Positions 59,794 to 64,000 of a stretch of 64,000 nt of DNA are shown one piece after another. Where the stretch lies: the NCBI GenBank assembly GCA_038874595.1, contig JAVZCB010000001.1, forward strand, positions 59,609 through 123,608, given 5' to 3'. A program made the translations under genes and the position numbers. The first letter of the stretch is position 1; each line of letters starts with the position of its first letter. The notes beneath the pieces are model-generated. The model was not told the origin of the DNA. It saw nothing but the letters and a program-made list of their open reading frames with translations, and searched no databases. Origin of the DNA: Candidatus Micrarchaeia archaeon. Its GTDB lineage: Archaea > Micrarchaeota > Micrarchaeia > CAILAH01.

Positions 59794-60921
59794 GTGGTAT
59801 TTATGGAGAAAGAAGATTATGTACAGCTTGCAGTAATCGTTGGCGTGTTCCTTCTGTTTTACCTGCTTCCGCCAGATGCGGATTGGCTCAACAAATCAGT
59901 TCAGAGCGGTTTGGTGTTGCTTAGTGAATACGCAAAACAGCACGTCCTTACCTGCCTTGTCCCAGCACTTTTTATTGCTGGTGCGATTTCCGTGTTCATA
60001 AAAAAAGATAAAATCCTGAAATATCTTGGTGCGGAAGCAAACCTGGCTTTCTCATATCTGATTGCATCTGTTACAGGCGCAATACTTGCAGTATGCTCGT
60101 GCACAATATTACCATTGTTTGCCGGGATACGGAAGAGAGGCGCCGGGCTGGGCCCCGCAGTTACGTTCTTGTTTGCTGGTCCGGCAATCAATATTGCAGC
60201 CATCTTTCTCACATTTTCAGTGCTCGGGGTATGGATTGGCCTTGGGCGTGCGGTCGCATCAATAGTGCTTTCCATAATCATAGGGCTAACGATGGCGGTT
60301 CTGTTTAAAGAGGAAACAGAGAAGGGGAAACTCTTTATTGAGGAGAACGAGGAGGCAAGGGTTTCTGATAAAGTGCTTTTGCTATTCTTTGGTTTTTTGG
60401 TAGGTATACTGGTTGTGAACGGATTACAAATGGAGCAACTCACAAAATATCTGATTATTGGCCTGTTCACGCTTGCAGTTGTAGTGCTGGTCTTACTTAA
60501 ATTCAGGGATAATACTCGTGCCAAATGGCTTAGCGAAACATGGTCATTCTCAAAATCAATACTCCCGATGCTTTTTATAGGGGTATTTATTGCAGGGTTT
60601 ATAATGCCTTTAATCCCAGAACAGCTGGTAGTGCAGCTTGTTGGCAAGAACTCCATTGAAGGCAACCTGGTCGCATCTGTGTTTGGTGCAGTGATGTATT
60701 TCTCAACACTTACAGAAATACCTATATTACAGGTGCTTATTGCAAAAGGTATGAATACCGGGCCGGCACTTGCACTACTGCTTGCAGGCCCTTCTTTGAG
60801 CTTGCCAAATATGTTAGTTATAAGGGGAATTCTTGGGACAAGAAAGGCCCTCGCATATATCGTGCTTGTTGTGGTATACTCTACAATTGCAGGGTATATG
60901 TTTGGTGCACTGATGGCTTAA
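59794..60921 (+). CDS. arsP: ArsP/DUF318 permease
   Basis: HVLTCLVPA, AVCSCTILP, GPAIN, YFSTLTE, AGPSLSLP. Confidence 0.85.
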   Translation: MVFMEKEDYVQLAVIVGVFLLFYLLPPDADWLNKSVQSGLVLLSEYAKQHVLTCLVPALFIAGAISVFIKKDKILKYLGAEANLAFSYLIASVTGAILAVCSCTILPLFAGIRKRGAGLGPAVTFLFAGPAINIAAIFLTFSVLGVWIGLGRAVASIVLSIIIGLTMAVLFKEETEKGKLFIEENEEARVSDKVLLLFFGFLVGILVVNGLQMEQLTKYLIIGLFTLAVVVLVLLKFRDNTRAKWLSETWSFSKSILPMLFIGVFIAGFIMPLIPEQLVVQLVGKNSIEGNLVASVFGAVMYFSTLTEIPILQVLIAKGMNTGPALALLLAGPSLSLPNMLVIRGILGTRKALAYIVLVVVYSTIAGYMFGALMA

Positions 60922-60987
60922 TCGTAAAGCAGTTGGTATTTTTGTACCAACAGTGGGTATATACAAAAAATGAATCGCTTTTGTATT

Positions 60988-61830
60988 TTATATGCCGCCA
61001 AGGATGTATGCAACTATGCCTAGCATCAGTGAATATAATGAAATCTTCCTACCAATCTCCTGTTTTTCCCTGCTACCGTAAGATAGATATGCTGCATAAA
61101 AAAGCCCAATAACAGAGCCGAGTGCCGGGATTACGTATGCATAGTTATTTTTTAATGGTGGAACTGCAAAGAAGAGGTAAAGCGCAATCGCAGATGCTAT
61201 TATTATAAGAAATACCGATAGGTGCAATGACGCCTGCGTGCCGATGAGCACCGGCAATGTTTTTGAGTGCCTGGCTTTTATGTCACCTTCAATATCCTGC
61301 ACAGTTTTTTGTAGTTCTCTCCCGAGCCCAGATAGGAATGAAGTTGCACATATCATTAATGTGAGCTGTGAAACAGTACCCGCAAGTGCAACCTCGGTGA
61401 AAATGAACACTATTGCCATTGATGATGCGATGATTACGTTTCCCACGAGTGCAGTATCCTTGAGCTTCCAGTCATATAACACCGAAAGTGCCGCAAAGGC
61501 CACGGCTATAGCAAACGCAGGGATGCCAAGGGGATAAGCGCACGCAATACCCACCAGCAAAAGCAGTATGGCTATCCTTAACGCATCCCCTTTGCTAATC
61601 TCATCCCTTACAATCGGCCTATCTTTCTTGTTTATTTTATCGCTTTCAGCATCAAAGTAATCATTGAGTGCAAACGCACCTGCTGAAATAAGAAACGGGC
61701 ACAGGAAAAGCAATGCTAACTGGGCGGGTGTGGCGTTAAGATCCAGAAGAAGGATTGCTACAACCACACCGAGCATGAGCATTATTGAGTGCTCAATCCT
61801 TACCAGTTCAGTAATTGCTTTCAATCGCAT
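60988..61830 (-). CDS. UbiA prenyltransferase (probable DGGGP synthase)
   Basis: NDYFDAESDKINK.DRP, GRELQKTVQDIEGD. Confidence 0.85.
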   Translation of the reverse strand: MRLKAITELVRIEHSIMLMLGVVVAILLLDLNATPAQLALLFLCPFLISAGAFALNDYFDAESDKINKKDRPIVRDEISKGDALRIAILLLLVGIACAYPLGIPAFAIAVAFAALSVLYDWKLKDTALVGNVIIASSMAIVFIFTEVALAGTVSQLTLMICATSFLSGLGRELQKTVQDIEGDIKARHSKTLPVLIGTQASLHLSVFLIIIASAIALYLFFAVPPLKNNYAYVIPALGSVIGLFYAAYLSYGSREKQEIGRKISLYSLMLGIVAYILGGI

Positions 61831-61908
61831 ATATAGTAATACCTCATAACAAATAAGTGTATTAACATTTATATGCAGTTTATGATACTTTACAGCTAAA
61901 GAGGCGTT

Positions 61909-62358
61909 ATGAAAGCAAATCTTTTTTGTTTATCCTACTCGTTAGTGGTTTGGTATGGAAGTGATTGCAAATCATGTAATATTGCGTGCTGCAGGAGTGC
62001 CGGCTGGGAAGTATCATATGAGAATGGATACTCAAAATGCTCCGGATATGGCACTGAGAGCCAGGATAAGTATTATTCCCGTGTAAGCTCAGACTGTTAT
62101 TACAAGGCATTAAATTGCATTTGGGCCTACACGTGTGCAACAAAGCATATACAATGCATAAGCAAGTGCGATGGGGAGATTGGCAGTGGAGTTGCAAGCT
62201 GTTATGATGCATTCGATAGTGATACCGACCAGTGTGTAGCATCATCAAGGTCCAATAGCAACACGCCTTCCGGCAGTGGCGGCTGCTGTGCTGGTTTTAT
62301 AGGGCTGGTGATGATCCCATTGCGGTTCCTTACCGGAATGAAGCTTTCAAGAAGATAA
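61909..62358 (+). CDS. Cys-rich putative surface protein with C-terminal GGCC-TM-basic tail
   Basis: Many Cys; ends GSGGCCAGFIGLVMIPL...KLSRR. Confidence 0.55.
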   Translation: MKANLFCLSYSLVVWYGSDCKSCNIACCRSAGWEVSYENGYSKCSGYGTESQDKYYSRVSSDCYYKALNCIWAYTCATKHIQCISKCDGEIGSGVASCYDAFDSDTDQCVASSRSNSNTPSGSGGCCAGFIGLVMIPLRFLTGMKLSRR

Positions 62359-62434
62359 CAAATGCCTTTTCCCTTTTTAATTATATTTATAAAATATCTC
62401 CAGTTCAAAATAATCCATTATCAGGTGATGTTTA

Positions 62435-62602
62435 ATGGCAAAGTTTCCGGAAGCTGAAGCTGCACTCTCAAGTGTAAAAGTATGCAAAAAATGTAAAGCG
62501 CGCAACCCCAAGTCTGCAATCAAGTGCAGGAAATGCGGGTATAAGGCGCTCAGGCCAAAGAAGAAAGGTAAGGCCGCAAAAGGCGGTGGTGCAGCAAAGT
62601 AA
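62435..62602 (+). CDS. rpl40e: 50S ribosomal protein L40e
   Basis: MAKFPEA...[24 protein letters not shown]; 55 aa, below the ORF-track cutoff. Confidence 0.95.
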   Translation: MAKFPEAEAALSSVKVCKKCKARNPKSAIKCRKCGYKALRPKKKGKAAKGGGAAK

Positions 62603-62644
62603 AGCACCTGCCAATCTTTTTAATTTATTCATTTTTATCATATG

Positions 62645-62787
62645 GGTTTTGCGATAGCAAAACTGCCTGGGTTTGTAAAGAGGCGGATGCGCCCTTACAC
62701 AGGGTGGTGGTCAGATCACGGGGGCACCTGTGTTGTGATAACACACAAAGTTGTAAAGCAATTCAAGCCCCCGCTCGTGTTCCACTC
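62645..62787 (+). ncRNA. Unassigned GC-rich structured region abutting tRNA-Leu
   Basis: Three stem systems incl. CGGGGGC/GCCCCCG and CCTG-TGTAA-GGCG/CGCC-TTACA-CAGG. Confidence 0.35.
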
Positions 62788-62988
62788 GCAGGGGTGGCGG
62801 AGCCCGGCCAAACGCGCAGGACTTAAGGCACTGATGGGGAACCAGCGGTTCCCCTCGTGTGGTCTACACCCCTCCTTTACGGAGGGCGTGTGGCACATAA
62901 CGTCTTAAGTTATGACCTCTGAAAAGAGGGATGATATAAGAAATCCTGTGGCCTAGCGCCTACGTGAGTTCAAATCTCACCCCCTGCA
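62788..62988 (+). tRNA. tRNA-Leu(TAA) with 115-nt intron (62828-62942)
   Basis: GCAGGGG/CCCCTGC acceptor, CAGGA-CTTAAG^A-TCCTG, long variable arm, GTGAG-TTCAAAT-CTCAC; CTTA/TAAG central helix. Confidence 0.93.
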
Positions 62989-63079
62989 CTAAAACCACAT
63001 CTCTAAGCACAAGCCTATTCCGCATTATCACGCCGAATTTGGCGCGAACCACAATAAGTAGTTCACAGCATTTTGATTT

Positions 63080-63613
63080 ATGCATCTCTAGTACTATGAT
63101 TATGGTAGAGTGCGCAAGGAAGCTGAATATCAGGACCCTGTTTCTAGAAAAACCGCCTCTTACCAGCACACCGAAAATGCCGACTGCTGCGGTAATTCAT
63201 GGGCGATTATTGCGACTATTGTGGCAATGCCCAATGCTGTACTTACAAAAAAGTTGCTGCAAGCACAAGGCCTCTAAGAAAATTATGCAATCCCCACTTA
63301 CCAGGATCGCGAAGGAGAATGAACATCGCATTTAAATCTATGTCAATGGAAGTAAGATTCAAGAAGATGAAAAGTATGAAATCCGCAAGCGTCAGTGTAA
63401 ATGCCTGCCCAGCATTGATTTTTTCAAGCGATTCGGGTAACAGATGAAAGAATTCGGCTCCAAGCAGGCTGCCGGCAGCGAACGCCATCAGTACATTTGC
63501 GATTTTGTTGAGGTCATGCCGGCTGAGCTACAGCGAGAATATGCCAACGAGGCCGAGCAGGGAATCAGCAATGGCCGAGACGGTTATCTATAAAAATGCA
63601 TCTGCTGTGCCAT
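63080..63613 (-). pseudogene. ZIP-family metal transporter pseudogene
   Basis: AFAAGSLLG..FFHLLPE, LHNFL.GL, HELPQ/GIFGVLVRGGFS in different frames; in-frame TAG stops. Confidence 0.8.
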
Positions 63614-63637
63614 CTAATAAAACCAAGTATGTTTAAA

Positions 63638-64000
63638 TCATTTGCCCATGAGCTTTCTCGCATTTTTGTTAAACATTTTCCCGGTTTTTCTTACCATTTC
63701 CAGCAATCCGCTATCGCTCGCTCTTTCTCTGCTCTCATACAGCTTGTTCTTTTCCGCATGGACGTATATCATTGTTGTCTGCAGGGTGGTATGGCGTGCA
63801 AATTGGGAGCCAGTATGACATTCCAGTCATTTCTGCGGCAGAAGTTGGTAATGGCGTAATGCCTTAGGGAATGCGGCGAAAGCCGGTACAGCGGCTTTGG
63901 TTTTCTATCTGCGCCATAGCCGTAAACCTCATTCAGCTTCGCTTTCTTGATATATCCGTGGAAAGGAGAGCTTGCTGTTTCGCTTGTGATATGCGGCTCG
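63638..64000 (-). pseudogene. Tyrosine recombinase/integrase C-terminus, frameshifted (5' part outside window)
   Basis: SPHSLRH in one frame and FARHTTLQTTMIYVH in another; shift near 63810. Confidence 0.8.

Noticed and set aside
62700-62787. 5S rRNA or an intron-split tRNA
   Set aside because: Lacks the CCGAAC loop and 3' domain of 5S; no anticodon arm or good acceptor stem can be built.
62828-62942. Group I intron or hammerhead ribozyme in tRNA-Leu(TAA)
   Set aside because: Inserted at 37/38 with a BHB-type central helix, too short, and lacks P/Q/R/S elements; CTGATG is not followed by stem II-GAAA.
62377-63335. Track ORFs 62377-62607, 62642-62908, 62716-62898 and 62964-63335
   Set aside because: They are antisense to rpl40e or the ZIP remnant, or overlap tRNA-Leu.
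63500-63600. TAG readthrough or recoding in the ZIP gene
   Set aside because: The gene also has several frameshifts and deletions; TAG is a normal stop elsewhere in the window.

Overview
Archaeal chromosomal window. The histone, PolD DP1/DP2, eL15, eL40, Rpp30/Pop5, CDC48, SMC and BHB-type tRNA introns establish this. A DPANN/Micrarchaeota-like organism is inferred from gene content only. Most of 1-45.5 kb is housekeeping. There are three intron-containing tRNAs: Arg-TCG with two introns (37/38 and 59/60), Arg-TCT and Leu-TAA. Notable items: (1) A fluoride (crcB-type) riboswitch with an apparent SD-sequestering platform precedes an unannotated 50-aa Zn-ribbon ORF and a dynamin-like GTPase rather than a fluoride exporter. 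(2) The hotspot between convergent polC and mgtA holds two different cargo cassettes in tandem, separated by back-to-back diverged copies of the mgtA and polC 3' ends. Cassette A carries RmuC, a micropeptide and a GHKL/MORC ATPase operon; cassette B carries a GTPase-domain-only FtsZ, a DpnA-like MTase and an atypical partner gene. (3) An 11-bp-phased TCATGA array and a candidate anti-SD sRNA flank a coiled-coil/wHTH gene near smc. (4) There is a candidate eL15 leader and an unexplained structured RNA before tRNA-Leu. (5) A decayed integrase/ZIP remnant lies at the right end. All calls come from reading motifs by eye; no database searches were run.
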